A DNA stretch of 64,000 nt from Phoronis australis (GCA_002633005.1 NMRA01000102.1:511511-575510), one strand, 5' to 3'. Numbered from the stretch's first letter, positions 36,801-51,443 are shown. The notes: a model not told the origin generated them from the letters alone. Numbers and translations: made by a program.

Positions 36801-37539
36801 GAATGTACGTTGTGTTTGACTCTTCTGTTTTGTAGTCTTGGTCCTACGTTCACCTAGATCATCAGTTCATGATCTCCAGTTAAATGTGACATTTAAAAAG
36901 ATTGAGAAAATAAGAGTTATAATACACGTACTATATTGTGATTTTCTCAGAACGTAGTCAACATGTTGTCATTAACGCCACTTCAACTACACAGGAAATC
37001 AACAATATTATAGCATTTCTATTATAATATAAATCTTCTATCACACATTTCTCAAAATTGGTCTTACAAAAATATATGAATTTATTGCTTTAGGGAAATC
37101 AACATTACAAATCCATTGAACATTTCCAACGAATTGCTTTTGGAATGTGTTAGACTAAATCATAATTAAATCATATGCAATGACTGATTGATAGTATAAT
37201 AGTCTCTCACAAGAAATAAACAACAATATGAAAGCAATTTCTACAATAATCATAGACATATATTTTCTTTTAAAATGCTAATTGGTCATAACAATTGTAT
37301 GTAAATATTGCCCAATGACACTCAGTATGGCCATTTAAATCTACCTAAACACTACAAAAATGTACAGGTTCTGTTTAAGATCCTTTTGAAATAACACAAA
37401 TATAGAAAGAAACTTGATGAAAAAAGGTTCAAAACAAAACGTCAAAATACTATAACACCAGACAACTACCAACTACAGACTCTGTAAATCTGAATAAACT
37501 ATAGTTGTTTTTAAATGTTTATTACGAAATCTTCAGAAT

Positions 37540-39403
37540 ACAATGAATATATATACATAACCCAGGAAGCGCCAAGAGGCATTAGATCTGGGTTAAAAAT
37601 ACAAAGAAATCTGTATACAATTATTATACACGAATACATAAATTAAAAAACTGATGTTAAGATTACAATGATATATGATTACGAATGTAAATAATTCATT
37701 TTCATTCACATGTATACAATTCTATCCACTCACACAAGAGATTTAATGGTATAAAGAAATTCTGATACTATTTCGAATAAAACCTTATTTTCATTTGGGT
37801 TGAGTTCTTGACATCCATATAGAAAAAAAAAATTTTGTTGTACAATTGCGGAATTTCGGAATATTTTTTGTAAACATTTGGTTATTCTTCGAGTGTCTGG
37901 AAAAGCTGTACCCTCTCCTCCTTGCATACCTCACAAGCAAAGAAAACATGAGGATATGTCTGGTTGTCTCCACAGGAACACAGAGGCGAAATATTATTAA
38001 AATTATGTCTAAATTTCTCGTTGTTTAGGAATAGACCGCATCTTGATCTGTATACGGTTATTTCATGGTTGCGAGGAAGTTGGAATGATGTCAATGGGAC
38101 TGGTAAGTCTTGAGTAGTGGTATGCATTTTAAAGTTATTTTAGAGAGTGCCGATTGAGGAGCTTTCTTTTATTTTGAATGGTAAGAAATTCCAGTTGTCA
38201 ATACAACTTAATATCGTTGATCTCCTGAAGGCTTGGCAGATAGAATATGGAATAGTGTGCATATTACTTTGTCGCAGTACTGGTCTCGTGTTTGGTCTTT
38301 TGCAGGAGTCAAAGAGGATTTTTTTAGAGTAATTGTTTATGTTGGTTAAGACTTTGAATGTATACATGGACAGGTGGAGTTTACGACGGGTTGCTAGTTT
38401 GCTCCAGTTGAGACTATTTATAACGTTGGTTGTGTTGGACCCTTTGTATGCCCCTGCTATGGCTAAAGCTGCTTGGTATTGTAGTCTTTCTAATTGAAGA
38501 AGTGTGCCAGCGTTTGCCGATTGGTAGATTATTTCACACTAATCTAGATGTGGAAGTACAAAAGACTTGAACAGAGTTTCAAGATGCATGGAGTTGAGAT
38601 GACGAGAGATAATTCTAATTGTAAGCTTATGGTCTAGTAACAAGTCAAGATGTTTGTGCGTGAACGTATTGGTAATAATTTCCCCATTGAGTGCTAATTC
38701 CAGCGTTGGATTTGTTTAGAAATGAGTATCATTAGACTTAGAAAATATAAGATCAACACAATTTTCAGGTTTAAATTTCATCTTCCATTTGTAAGACCAG
38801 TCATAGTGTTTGTTAAAGTCAGTTTGCAATTGTAAGAAGTCATTGGGATGCTCCTTTGAGAATGGGTGGAAAATTGAAGTGTCATCAGCATATAAGAATA
38901 TTTCAAAGTTTATTGTGTCTGGAAGATCATTGATGTACAGTAAAAAGAGTAAGGGGCCTAGTACGCTACCCTGTGGCACTTACGAAACCTGGCGTTTATG
39001 AAGGTGATATGGCACCCTCAATTCGGACTTTGTGAGTTAGATATTCCAGATATGATTTTAAAAGTAAGAGGAAAGTGGCTGAGAAACCGTAAGATTGTAA
39101 TTTATGTAGAAGAAGGTCATGGGGAACGACATCAAAAGCTGACGCAATATCTAAAAATACGGATCTCACGTTGTACCCTTGATCAAAGTGGAGGTGGATG
39201 TCGTGTACAATTTCTGTAAGTTGGGACCAGGCATGAATGCAAATTGGCGACGATATATGAGGTTTTGTGAAGAGAGGTGTTTTTTTTCTAAAATTTTGGA
39301 TAAGGTATTTTAACTTAAAAGTAGAGTTATGTGGCGATAGTTGGCAATGTCTGTTTTGGAGTTCTTTTTGTGTATTGGTATCATAACTATAGTGACGTAA
39401 CAA
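37540..39403 (-). mobile_element. Decayed CR1/L2-group LINE ORF2 (RT and 3' region)
   Basis: [70 protein letters not shown]. Confidence 0.88.
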
Positions 39404-41684
39404 CCTTCACCACTGGACTTAATCATTTCATTCATGACGTTTCTGCTTGCTATGCCTGTAGTAGGAGGCATACTCTTTGCATGACATGTCAACTTCACCA
39501 CAAAAAGAACGTCCTCGTGCTGTGACGCAGTGTTGCATCAGGTTCACTCTTTCCGTGAAACATTGATCACAGATAGGACACTGAATCGACTTGGTTCCTG
39601 AGCACGATGCTTCATGCTGAGTTTTACTATATTGGTAAAAAAGTCTTGACGCATGCAACTCGTCAATCACAGGGCTGGTAAAGGTCTTGCTTTGTTGTAG
39701 TGTCACTGTATTTTATTGCCACTTGGACATACTAAGTCGATTTCTAAGTTCCTGACCGAGGTTCCACAACACACACACAAATTCCGTTGTGACATGCAGC
39801 AGTTGTACTACTCTTATTTTGAAGGCGTGGACGTTAACACCCTAAAGGACTCGTCGTGTGGCTACAGTTCAACTGAAAGAATCAAACACATTCAGTTATG
39901 TTTGTGAGGCTAAATCTTAATTAGCAATTATAGAAATTGAACATGGCTTAAACAAGGCAAGTTTAACTATTGTAAACGAAACAGTGATATCTTTGGTTAG
40001 GATTGTGAGTTGTGAGTTGAATAAAATGTGAAATGTCACTCCATGAGATATTAAGGAAATGAATGGAACAATACCTCAAGGTTTCTTCAGGTGATATGCT
40101 TCTATGACCAGTCTGGGACTCTTCCAAAGAAGGTTGTACAGGGGGTTTGTCTAAACCATTCATTCTGAAAGTGCACATGACAAAGGAGGGTTTGAATATT
40201 ACAATTTGACTCGTTTTACCAGGAGCAATCACAAGATTTAAGAATGTACTTTCAGTCAATTTGTCACACTTTTACGCTTGAAACAACTTTGATTTAAGTA
40301 CCAGAAGGCAAAATTTGTACCTGAGAAAGCATCATTCTAAACTGACAGCGACTTAAGAGACTTATAATTGATGAAAATTCAGGCTTACATTAGAGCCCAC
40401 AGCCTAATCTCTGTATTCGAAAATTGAGCGATTCCATGATATGAGCAAACATAAAGCTTTGCACTCCAATCACGCGATTGGCTAATTTTTTGAGGTTGTG
40501 GGTTCAAGTAATGTACCTGGACCATGCAGACTGCAAGTAACCATTTTCTCCTAACCTGCACAGTCTAAGATGGAAATACAGAGAAAAGTGGCCATAAATA
40601 ACTGAATAAGTTTGGCACACCTATTCTTTATGATCGACATATGTCCCGAATAATAGATAAATGATACGTGCGTTGCAAGCTCGTTACCAGAGATGAAAAG
40701 GAGGCCGAGGTAGGCGATATAAGGTCATTTATTATGACTAGTACAATTACAATAAAATGAATACAGGTAAATAACGTATAATAGGTAATCTCTGGTAAGA
40801 TGAACAACAAAAAGCGTCAAAAAGATGTTGTAAGACAGTTCATACCCATCCGCAGGGACACACGAAGGGAGAGAAATGAATGAAAATTGTGCAGGACTAC
40901 TTACAAACAGGGATTCATCCAGGATTTCGAAAATAGGATGTCCAAAATGGAGTTTCCAATATTTCAGGGTGTCCGTGATGCCCACGACGCATTACCCCTA
41001 CCACCGTGCACCAGCAACCACCCCCACAGTGATTTTTTTTACAAAAATACGTTTACATCTGCATTTTCAAAAGAACCCCGGTAGCGAGCTTTTTTACTAA
41101 AAAACTGCTTAGTCCTAGACTGTTACGTCTAAGTTTACGAATACAGCCAAGCAGCGTACCAGGCAATTATTAGTCAGAGATATTTTTGAAGGATGAGTGC
41201 AATTCGCAGATGATGTGTGGTTTATATTTTGGCAACATGTGTCGCTGCTGTTTCATATTAAAACATGAAACACTGTCTTGTTTGAGTTATTTATATTAGG
41301 TTTGTATAAACCCTACTTCAAACATATCAGTGTGATGTTTTTATTCTAATGTATCAGTGCTTTGGTGGATGTTCTGTTGAGCAAGGAACAGTTTTCATAT
41401 AACTAATTTTCATGTGAAAAATATCAACTGTCTTACATTTGTAATATAACTGCAAGCTAACTCCAACTGCTAGTTGAAATTCTGCATGTATCATTTTGGT
41501 GTGGGGAGCAATCACGATTTACAAAAACCTTATTTTGAGTTTTTGCCGTTGTACGATTCCATCTGTCGATTCAATGTCGCTGTTTCAGATTCATATATAA
41601 AGGTCTGAGTTTTCAGTGTAGAGGTCTCAGAATAAATTTTAAACTGAATATCTTCTTACAAATGCCACTATTGTCATCTTGCAG

Positions 41685-43417
41685 GGATTCAGAGCTGTTG
41701 TTCACCCTTGTCCTTATCTTCTTTGTCACCTGCATCCTCACAATCTGGATCAAAGGTTTGTGTCTGCTCTTGTAAAGACTCTATGCTCTATTGGAATTTA
41801 AAGTAGATATAAGCATGCCTTCTGTCACGAAAACCAACTTTTCACTTAGACCATGTATCATTAGTATGATATCGATCTCGAATTGTTCCTTGATTAAAAT
41901 AGTTGTGAATTTTGGGCTTGAAAATCTCCAGCGATTTGTTCCTACTTAAGTGTCATTAGGTTACGTGTCACAGCATGCCATTTCATTGACCTGACATGGT
42001 CACAACCATAATGAACTGACACTTATTTGCAAGACAGTAATTGCCACAGTAATTGTTCTGTGAAAAATGCAACTTTATTGTCTCTCAAAGTTGGTTTCTT
42101 ATTGCTTATTAAAAGACGAAAATAGTATGACCATTGTTTGGGCTTAATAAAACAGTTGTGTGGTAACGTTATATTCGTGCAACGGCTGCTCTGAGTAGCA
42201 CTTGGGCCATAACCATGTTGCCATGAGTTCAATTTCCAGTCTTAGAAATCTAGGATCCACAATATGTGCATTAGTTCTTACATCATCTTGTTAACTTGCA
42301 GCCTCTCACACTTGTTGATGCTAGCATTCCGTTGGTGGTATAGATACAGTTATCATTACTTGTACCCAATGGTGGTTTTCTTTGCACTGTATTTTTGGTT
42401 TTAGTGTTTCAGTGCTCAATTATATTGTAACTTTTCACAATATTTTACACTTACAGGCCACACAGGTACTTCAGGCAGAAATCCAAGGACTATGCTGTCA
42501 AGGATTAAGAAAGGTCTAGACTCCACTGCCAACGGTGTCCATAATTAGCAGATGCTTGAGAGAAAAACAAGGCGTGCACAAACTTGACACATGACTTCCA
42601 GGGGCCACCAAGTTCATTGCCTTGACATTAATGGTCTTGGGATGACAAGAAATGTTATTTGATCTATCAAAAGAAACTATCGCTGCTTCAGTGAACATTT
42701 GACACTAATTTTAAAGTTACCTTTGCTCAGTAGCTTGACGTGGATATAGACTGTTGTCATTACAACAGGACACGGCTATATTTTTCATCTTATTCATTTA
42801 CCGTATAGCATATAAGTCTGACATTTTACTTTTTATATATGTAAACCAACAATACTTGATCACTCTTTGCCTACATGCGACTCCAAAACAGTGATAGAGT
42901 ACCAGCTTTGTAATTGAAGTGTTCATGTAGCTTTGTTCAGGTTGAGTCTATCAACTTGCATCATCTGTTTTTGTTGATCCACGTGGTTGTGTGAATTGAC
43001 TATGTAATTAAAATAAATGTGTCCATAACTTCAAGCATATTTCGATTAATAACATGTCATGCAGCAACTCTTGTTTGCATTTACATTTCTGTTAGTGAAA
43101 TGCCTTTGATGTTGTGAAAGTTAAACTTTGGCACTGAAAATCCATTCTGTTCGTTAATGGGATTGTGTCATTGTTGTTAAAGCTGCTATAAACCTGCCTT
43201 CCTTCAATTAAACCAAATCTTGATTTTGACTATTTATTGTCTCGACCCATTCCTTACTCAAGGTACCAAGTGCTTCCTGGAATTAGAAGGAACTGGCAGT
43301 TCGTTATAGCTCAAGACTCACTTAATTCAATTTGGCTTGAAACAGCATGTCATTTTCTGTCGTTATCATTTTCTGTAGGTGAATTTGTTACAAACCAAGA
43401 AACCCATCCTCACCAGG
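41685..43417 (+). CDS. Candidate micro-exon gene for a small membrane or secreted protein (exons 41685-41755, 42457-42513, 43379-43417)
   Basis: Three AG..GT-bounded segments join in frame: DSELLFTLVLIFFVTCILTIWIK-GHTGTSGRNPRTMLSRIKK-GEFVTNQETHPHQ; no homology recognised. Confidence 0.35.
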
Positions 43418-44299
43418 GTAAAGAAATTTACTGATAGGAGGTCTGATACAGAAAATGGTGTAAATTAAAAGTTACTTTATTGTTGATGGAATGTTGTTTT
43501 GTAGCAACTTTACTAATTCTGTTTCATTACATTTAAGTCCTCATCCGATTTTCAGTATGAATCTAAGAAATGGTATTGGGCATAAATTTTGTTTATTAGT
43601 ACCATAAATAAATCACATTTATCTGAGTTCTAAGTAGTCGACAAAAAAAATATATGCATTAGACACATAAAATACGGTGCCTGAGTAAATAACATAATTT
43701 GTTTGACTGCAAGCAAAGTAGATACAGCAATACGATTTGTGACATAACCCTTGTATTGCGAAAACATGTTGAGGTAGCGCCTTTTGTTGTATTTGGTACC
43801 TTTGTCGAAGGCCAGCACATCATTACAGTAGACTCTTGCCAGTTCCTCACTTATGACGAAAAAACCAAAAGTCCTGAATCAAAAATAAAATATTCTTCAT
43901 AGTCATGTATAAGAGAAAAAAATACTTCAATAACTAGTGTACTTCAAAAGCTGAATACCTTATAGAATCCGAACAGTTTGTCCCGTCAGCACGCCATCTT
44001 TTTGGTCACATCACGTGACGTAATGAACATAAGTCCGAAAAGATTTCTGCCCTTGACGGGGTCAGAGGCAGAAATCTTTGCTGACTGATATTCATTAGGT
44101 CACGTGATGTGACCAAAAAGATGACGTGCTGACTGGACAAACTATTTGCAACATTTTTCCATGCCTTACTGAAAAAGATATATTTGTACAAACCTTATAG
44201 AATGTAATGTTGGCAATCCAATGTCACGGCTGTTTTGATATTCATACTTAAATTTCAGACAAACACTCAACAAAACTCAAATAAGGAATGCATTTTATT

Positions 44300-45200
44300 G
44301 TGTTTTGTTTATTTTGACTATAACCAATAATCCAAACATCATTTATGAGTCATTCGTTGAAAAAGGTATAATATTCGTGAACGATTTCTTAGACTGGAAT
44401 GGTAACTTCTACACCTTTGAAAGTTTCCAGACGATTCATCAGATTAATGTCAGCTTTCTCAAATATTATTCAATTGTCAGTGCAATAAAACAATACCTGA
44501 AAACGTTTTCCAAAAACTTAATACTAAAAAAGGTATATGGACCACTTGTACCTTTTTCCCTAAAATATTATTTTGACGAAAAAGGGGTGTCGGGATTCTT
44601 ACCATATTCTGTGCAAAAATGACATAATACCATCGGCTCAAAAGAAATTCGAAGTATTGGGATTTTCACTATCAGAGAAGATGTGGAACTTCTATTACAA
44701 ACTTCCACATGAATGTACGAATGACACAAGCTTACTTTTCTTTCAGTTCCGCTTACCGAATAGAATTCTTCCTACTAACTACTTTTTAAATAAGTTTTAA
44801 TACGTGGACTCAAATGCTTGTACTTTTTGTAAATGCTTTCCCGAAACTCTAGAACACTTATTCTTTGAATGTGAATATGTTAATTCTTTCTGGCACGGGG
44901 TACGTCTCTGGTTAACGACTGCAATGCAAGTAAATTTTGAAATAGACAAAACCATCATAATATTTGGTCTTCAAAATGAAAAGAATAGAATTTTGAATTG
45001 GTTTCTTTTACAAACTAAAATTTTCATTTTAAAAAGGAAATTTGCTAACGTCAAACCTAATTTAGGAAGTCTTAAAAATTTTTGAATGAGTGTTTTAATG
45101 TAGAAGTTAGTGCTTCATTAAACACATGGAAATTTAATGATACAAAAAATGGGAAGATTGGAAATGTGTTTTTGAAACATGAGGGGACCCAGAGAGTTGA
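44300..45200 (+). mobile_element. 5'-truncated Tx1/L1-clade LINE 3' end (zf-RVT domain)
   Basis: FQFRL.NRILPTN.FL, CTFC...ETLEHLFFEC..V..FW; frameshifts and stops. Confidence 0.85.
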
Positions 45201-47725
45201 CCAGATGCCAGAACAGAAACTTAAGTAGTACTTTTTTACTTCGAAGTAACAATGAAAGTTTCTCGTTATTATTATGCGCAGCTCTGTACGTTGTTGTGTT
45301 GTGTTGTGTGTGTATTTGTATATGTATTTGTCTTTTGTAATAAATGTATTAATTGTAAAAAAAAATCCAAACATAGTCTTTAATGAATATTCATATCACA
45401 GGTGTACTGTCAGGGCCGTAATAATGTTTCCACTTTACAATTGCCAAGTAAAGGTTTAGTCCAGTAATCATAAATACATAACAGCCTGGAAATATCTTGT
45501 TCAAATTTTCTAATTAAATAACAGTTATGATCATAGTTTCAGATAATTTATTTATTTGGTAAATTGAATTTTAGGTATTTGTCTTAAACATTTATGTTGA
45601 TTGCGAGACCAAATCTCTGTTTTAAGTCACTTTTCATGAAACAGACCCCTGAGACGCTGGTACTTAAATTATGTAATCACAATTATCGTACTGCTCCTCT
45701 CCCTCCGCAGTCACCACCACTTTCTAGAGGCACATAAAGCGACGAAACGGGGGCCCCTGTTTCATGCATATCCCTATGCTTATCTTTAGGTCTGTGCTTT
45801 CCGCGCTTGCAACAAATTTTGAATCACACCCGCGAGGACAAGATGTGGACCATGTTTTGTACAGGGCCCCAACCAGTAGCTTATTCAGCTAAATTGAGCA
45901 TAAGGACTGCATACAGTAATAAATGTGAATAAATTAGTGTATACCAAAACCCCTGTCAGTATTCCCAAATAACACACTCTCAGCCTATGCCAATTTGCTT
46001 ATTGGGTGTTCAATTGACACAACAAAAATGAGATGACTACGTTTGTCACAATTCAATTTTAGATAGTTGTATCTATTGCTAACTGTTACAGATTCAAGGG
46101 TGCATTGACAAAACTAAGCACCATTATGAAGTGAAACAACCCTCTGACACAGACGTCCACACATGTGGATCTAGGATGTTGCAGGGGGAGGGGGGGGGAG
46201 TAGCCAGAGCTTTGGAAGAAAATGATAAAAGCTTATTCCAAGATGTCAGCAGTGTTTTCTTTCACAGAGTCACATGTGTGCATAGTGAGGGTGGTTAACT
46301 GGCATAAGCAAAATACTGGTGACAGGTTACTTCTTATAGATCTTTTCACTGTAGTGGACACTGCTCCGCATCTGCCTCAGGTACACCCTGATGACAATCA
46401 CAGCTGGTGATACTCACCACTCCAGTGCGTATGGACACAGCAAGTTGAATACAGTGTCCTCATCCTCAGATATACTTATGTGAGGATGAAAAAACAAATC
46501 ACATTAATTTTGAGTTGTATTTTAAAATGACCTCAACATGAAGGGGAATGTTGTTTAAACAACATTCTTATAGGTGTCAGCATAGCTGTTAACTGGTTGT
46601 TGTTCTTCAAAAAGCCAGAGGTCCATTACGAATGAAGTTTTAAGACAGTATAATTTTCAGCATTTCATGTGGCATACTTTAGTGATACATAATAAATGTA
46701 TTTTATTACAGGTTTTCAGTTTTGTTACCTATTAAACTTGTGTGTGATTACTGATGAAAGAAAACAATAAGAGTGACTTGATAACACAAAAGTTATGTAG
46801 AACCGGTTCTATTGCGTTAAGAAACGAGTGTTTCTTGCCTTGAATTCCAAGCATACCTGCATGTGAAGAGACCGAACATCAATTGCCACCTATGCCTTTT
46901 CCTCTGCGCATGGCTCAGTACTCTAATTATGTTGTCACTTTTGCTTGAGTATTGTTATTGTTGGTGAAGTGGTGATGCACACTACGATGAACCTTTAAAA
47001 ACGTGGTAATCATACAAAATGAGCAGTACGTAGATAACATTGATCAACACAGTCCATAGAATACACATTTTCGCAAAAGTGTGAGTGTACCTGAAATTTA
47101 AACTGCAGTGTTTTAGCTGTTTCCAGACTCAATAGGTTGAGTTCCTGCGTTAACTTGCCAATACTGATGCTAGGAGTCTGATAACAGCCGACATTCAAGG
47201 GGGATAGATGATTTTCGAAGCATTCTTTAGGTCTTCTGCCATGTAAACTGATGGATTGTGTTCTTGATAAAGTGAGTCTGCAAGGACCTAGTCGCACACT
47301 CAAATTCCAAGGAAGGTTACATAAGATAAAAGCAAGCACTTTCATTAACCTTCCCCTGTCCCTAGCCCTTCATTTACCCAATCGAGACCATACCACTAAT
47401 AATACAAGATGTAACCTGCTCATTAATGTTACTGATCTCCCTTTCGCTATACCCTTTTGTCTTTGAGAACGTCTCATTCATACTATATTGTCCTGTAATG
47501 ATGTGATCACTCTCAGTGTCCTGCAATTTGAGAACCAGCTTTCTCAACTGAATAACGGGCATCAAATTTGTTGCGTCCCACTCCCACGCATGGTTTTGTG
47601 TGATCTCACTTTTCTCGCAACAAGCTTCAATCTACCAGCACTTCCCAAGTTTGCTTGCATTCAACCCGAGGCTGTCATCGCTGATCCAGTGGTTTATGTT
47701 CAAGTGGATTAGGTAGATGACTAGT

Positions 47726-47878
47726 CTGTGGTGGATTTAGAGGGGGGCAAGGGAGCCATGGCCTCCCTAAAATTCTCCCAGATCCCGTTTGGCAGTTCGG
47801 GGGTGCATATGTTTGGCTAACTAAATCCTGACTAATACTCTGCCCTGTCCCCATCTCAAAATCCTGGATCTGCCCCTG
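47726..47878. mobile_element. MITE, 5-bp TSD CTAGT
   Basis: Reverse-orientation copy of the 5336/22455 subfamily; CTAGT on both sides. Confidence 0.8.
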
Positions 47879-49116
47879 CTAGTAGAACATACTAGTACAG
47901 TATAGAGTCCCTGGTGATAGACGATGCTTTTCTTATGACAATGAAGAACCACAACCCATGACCATTGAGTGACAAACAGGGTCTATTAACCTTGCACTCA
48001 GTTTCAGTCACAACATTGTTAGACCTTGGGCTAGGGCTAGGGTAGCCTTGGTACAAAGCTGTATACTAACTATACTACCCTGGCTGTGTGCAATTTCGGG
48101 GCCTACGGAAGAAAAACACAGTGGTACCTAGCTGTATTTTGACGATAGTCTTCATACAGCTAGCTGGATGGCTAGGGCCACAGGCGTACTCAGCTTCTGT
48201 TCGTCCACAATACACTATATAATACTACAAGGTATGACACTCCCGACTAGAAATTCCACGGGTGCATGCTTCAGTTCAACCGTCCATAGCAAACACAAAA
48301 CTCAATAAATTTACACAAAACAGATGTTCAACAAACCATGAGAAATTGTTCTTTCTCCCAATACCATTTACGGTGTCCTGGAACCGCATCAAAGTCTACA
48401 ATAAGAGGAAAGTGGCGGAAAATCCATAATCAGCACCTTACTGGAACAATTAGTCAAGGTGTTCAGCGTGAGCTTCTGAGGTGGAGGGCTGAGCATATAT
48501 GAGTGTGCCCAACATGTTATGACGTCGACTCTGCACCCAGATAACCCAACAATTTTGAATGTGTTCCCTATGGAATACGCCAGGCTGCTACCAGTGCAGA
48601 CAACTGGTTTGTGCAGTAGGTGTTACACAAGTAAGAAAAGCTAAGAAAGCAAGACAATTCTTCACTACCACAACACTGTATTCCATTCTGATGCTCCCTC
48701 ACATATAATTTCAGTTGACGTACATTGACAACAAAGTATATGCAGAAGGCAGAGCCTGTGTAGTAGCCTACACTGCAGACGACAGAGGCAACAAGACTAC
48801 GATGGACGTGTCTTCCAACCGTGAACAGAACACACAAAATGAAAGACAACGTATCATATTATCAAATAACAAATAATCATTACCTTTCTGGATCTTCATG
48901 AAACGTAAAAAATGACACGCTTTGGGTTTTCGTGAATGAACTAGTACAATTTAAGGCACTGCAAAATGCTCCCTTCTCCATTGTTCCCGCGCTTCCTACT
49001 TGACCGTTGCTTATTCACCACTTGGCGGCGCTACTCACAAGTGAACTCTTCTATAATACTACACTCCTTGCTCCCACTGAACCATTAATGTTAGTTCTTC
49101 AGTGGTGGCAGTTATG

Positions 49117-49860
49117 TTTTATGCGCCTATAGCCTCTAGCAACTTAGATGGACGGATTCAACTAATGTTATGCCTTCTAATAGCAATTTTTTGTGTCTGC
49201 CCCTGCATGTTTAGAATTCCTTGGTGGATTTTCATGAAATTTGACAAACAGTTTATTTAATAAAGAGGCGATACTGCCCAAGTATCAAACGGGTTTGACG
49301 TATTATGCACCATTACCGAATGGCCATTTTTATGATACTTAAGCAATAGAAGCCCATCATTTGCGTGGGCGCATTTCAACGTTCTGGGTTGCTCTTTTTA
49401 TCATTTGCAAGTTTTTGTGGCGTCCACCTTTTCATCTGCTAATCGGAGCCAAAGACCATTAAGAAAATTGACAGTTAATTGTATATCCGCTGAGAAAGCC
49501 AAAACTGGCGTTGATTTGCGGACGGGACGGATTACTTTGGCGCACCCTAGTGGCAATTTCGTTTGTAGTCTTTTGCGTTCACAGCTGTTTCTCATTAAAC
49601 CCTTGCAGGAACTTTCTGAAATTTGGAAAGTGTTTTTCTATGATTGTGATAACGGGTGACCACGGCTTTCGAGTGAAACTGACTTCCTCTGTGTCTCCTT
49701 GTGGCAATTTTATCTGTTTACGTTCGCCTCTGTAGCTTCATATGTCTTTGACAGAATATCATGGAATTTGGCAAATATGTTTCTATTACGAAGACAATGC
49801 CACCTTTTATGTTTGGACGGCTTATGCGTATTATGTGCCACTTATCAAACATTTACACGT
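49117..49860 (+). mobile_element. Shorter HINE-family copy (49117-49400) plus adjacent degenerate repeat units
   Basis: TTTTATGCGCC start, GTGGGCGCATTTCAACG..GTTGCTCTTTT end as in 19187-20801; GCGCACCCTAGTGGCAA unit at about 49540. Confidence 0.65.
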
Positions 49861-51342
49861 TACTTTATGGGCGGAGCGGCACTGAAAAAAGTGGGGGCTA
49901 CTGTCCCCCAGCCCCTTGTGGTGCACTCGACGTTATTCCGCGTATCGACCCCGACCTTCGGTCTCGGTCGATATGCGAAATAATGTCTCATGGGATATTA
50001 CTTCATCTACGCCACTCTTGGTACGTTTTGTGTATGTATCTTGTTTCCTCTCCTTCCAGAAGGTCACGTGAGTAGACTGATTTTTTATTGTTTCGTGTCT
50101 GGCACTGAGACTACAACAACATTCTTGCGTTGGGCATTAGTCTACATGTTGAACTATCCCGATATTCAAGAAAAAGTTCGGACAGAAGTCTACAGCTCTG
50201 TTGGCAAAGACAGGCTTCCATGTTTAGCGGATAAGATCCGCTTACCTTATACGCAAGCTGTGATCGCCGAAGTACTCCGTACTGGTAATAAAACATTGTT
50301 TTAAAATATTCTTACCGAGAGATTTGTTTGTAGAATTTTTTTTTTGGAATCATTGGATAGTTTTAAATTGAACAAATAAAAAATCCAGACATTTCAAATA
50401 CGATGCAGCATTCCTTTGCAAAAGAAGAGTGACTTAAAATTGTGTGAAGAATTTATGTTAGGCTTATTTGAAAGACGCCCTGTGTGAATGCTTACTGAAG
50501 TATTTCAAAGTAACTGACTAAAAGCGATCAGTGCAGAAAATTTGTTGGAGGACACACAGGCTCCACCTTACGAGAAAGTCTGGTTTAACTTTAACTGCAT
50601 TTTTATGTCGTCTTCTAATATTTCATTTCATAGGGATTTTTCATTTTATCGTCGTCATCCATGCAATTTATTGGTTGAGGGAAATATGCTTATGAAATCT
50701 TTCTCGGATCTAATAATCGCAGATGATTTCGACGGTAGTTTGTGTGTATCGAAACATTCGTTGACAAATCACTCAACTGTTTTCGTCCTCCCACGTGCTT
50801 GCGTATCTATTTCTCTGCCAGCGACAGTTTATGCAACGGTGGTTATTAAATTTCTGTCGTACCAAAAATAAATCGCAAACACTGTGATACGCAAAGTTTT
50901 ATTCTGCTCCACCATATCTATGGCTCTACTAAAAATGTTTACATAGTTTGTTAAATGATTCTGTGCTGGGTCACGAAGCTAACACAAAAGCGCTCTAGCA
51001 TTAAAAGGCAGTATTACTGTTGTTGGTTTTTACGTGAGAAATGTATACATGCAATATAAATGCCGTCTGCATCAATAAATTTCACCGATCCGTCTTTGAT
51101 GATAACGGAATCATTTTAGAGTACAACCCACAAAAGTGTCAGCCAGATCTCTTGACCCAACCAAGTTACCGAATACTAATCTACTGATAACGAAATGACC
51201 AAAATATGTACCCACAAAGTGCTTTGAAATCAACAGGAGAATTCTTGACTCAAGCGGACGTTCACTTCATTAGTTTGATTCAAGATTCTGGCATATCGGA
51301 AACTTTACAGAACTTGTAACTTTGGAGCTTCAATTTAATCTC

Positions 51343-51443
51343 TCCCTCCGTCCCTCCCTCCGTCCCTCCCTCCGTCCCTCCCTCCGTCCCTCCCTCCGTC
51401 CGTCCGTCTCTCCCTCCCTCCCTCTCTGTCTGTGTCTCTCTCG
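51343..51443. repeat. Pyrimidine-rich simple repeat (CCCTCCGTCCCT)n/(CT)n
   Basis: Direct reading; explains ORFs 51280..51573. Confidence 0.9.

Noticed and set aside
41685-41755. N-terminal anchor exon of the downstream CYP
   Set aside because: No PPGP hinge or intervening CYP exons found between 41.7 and 50 kb.
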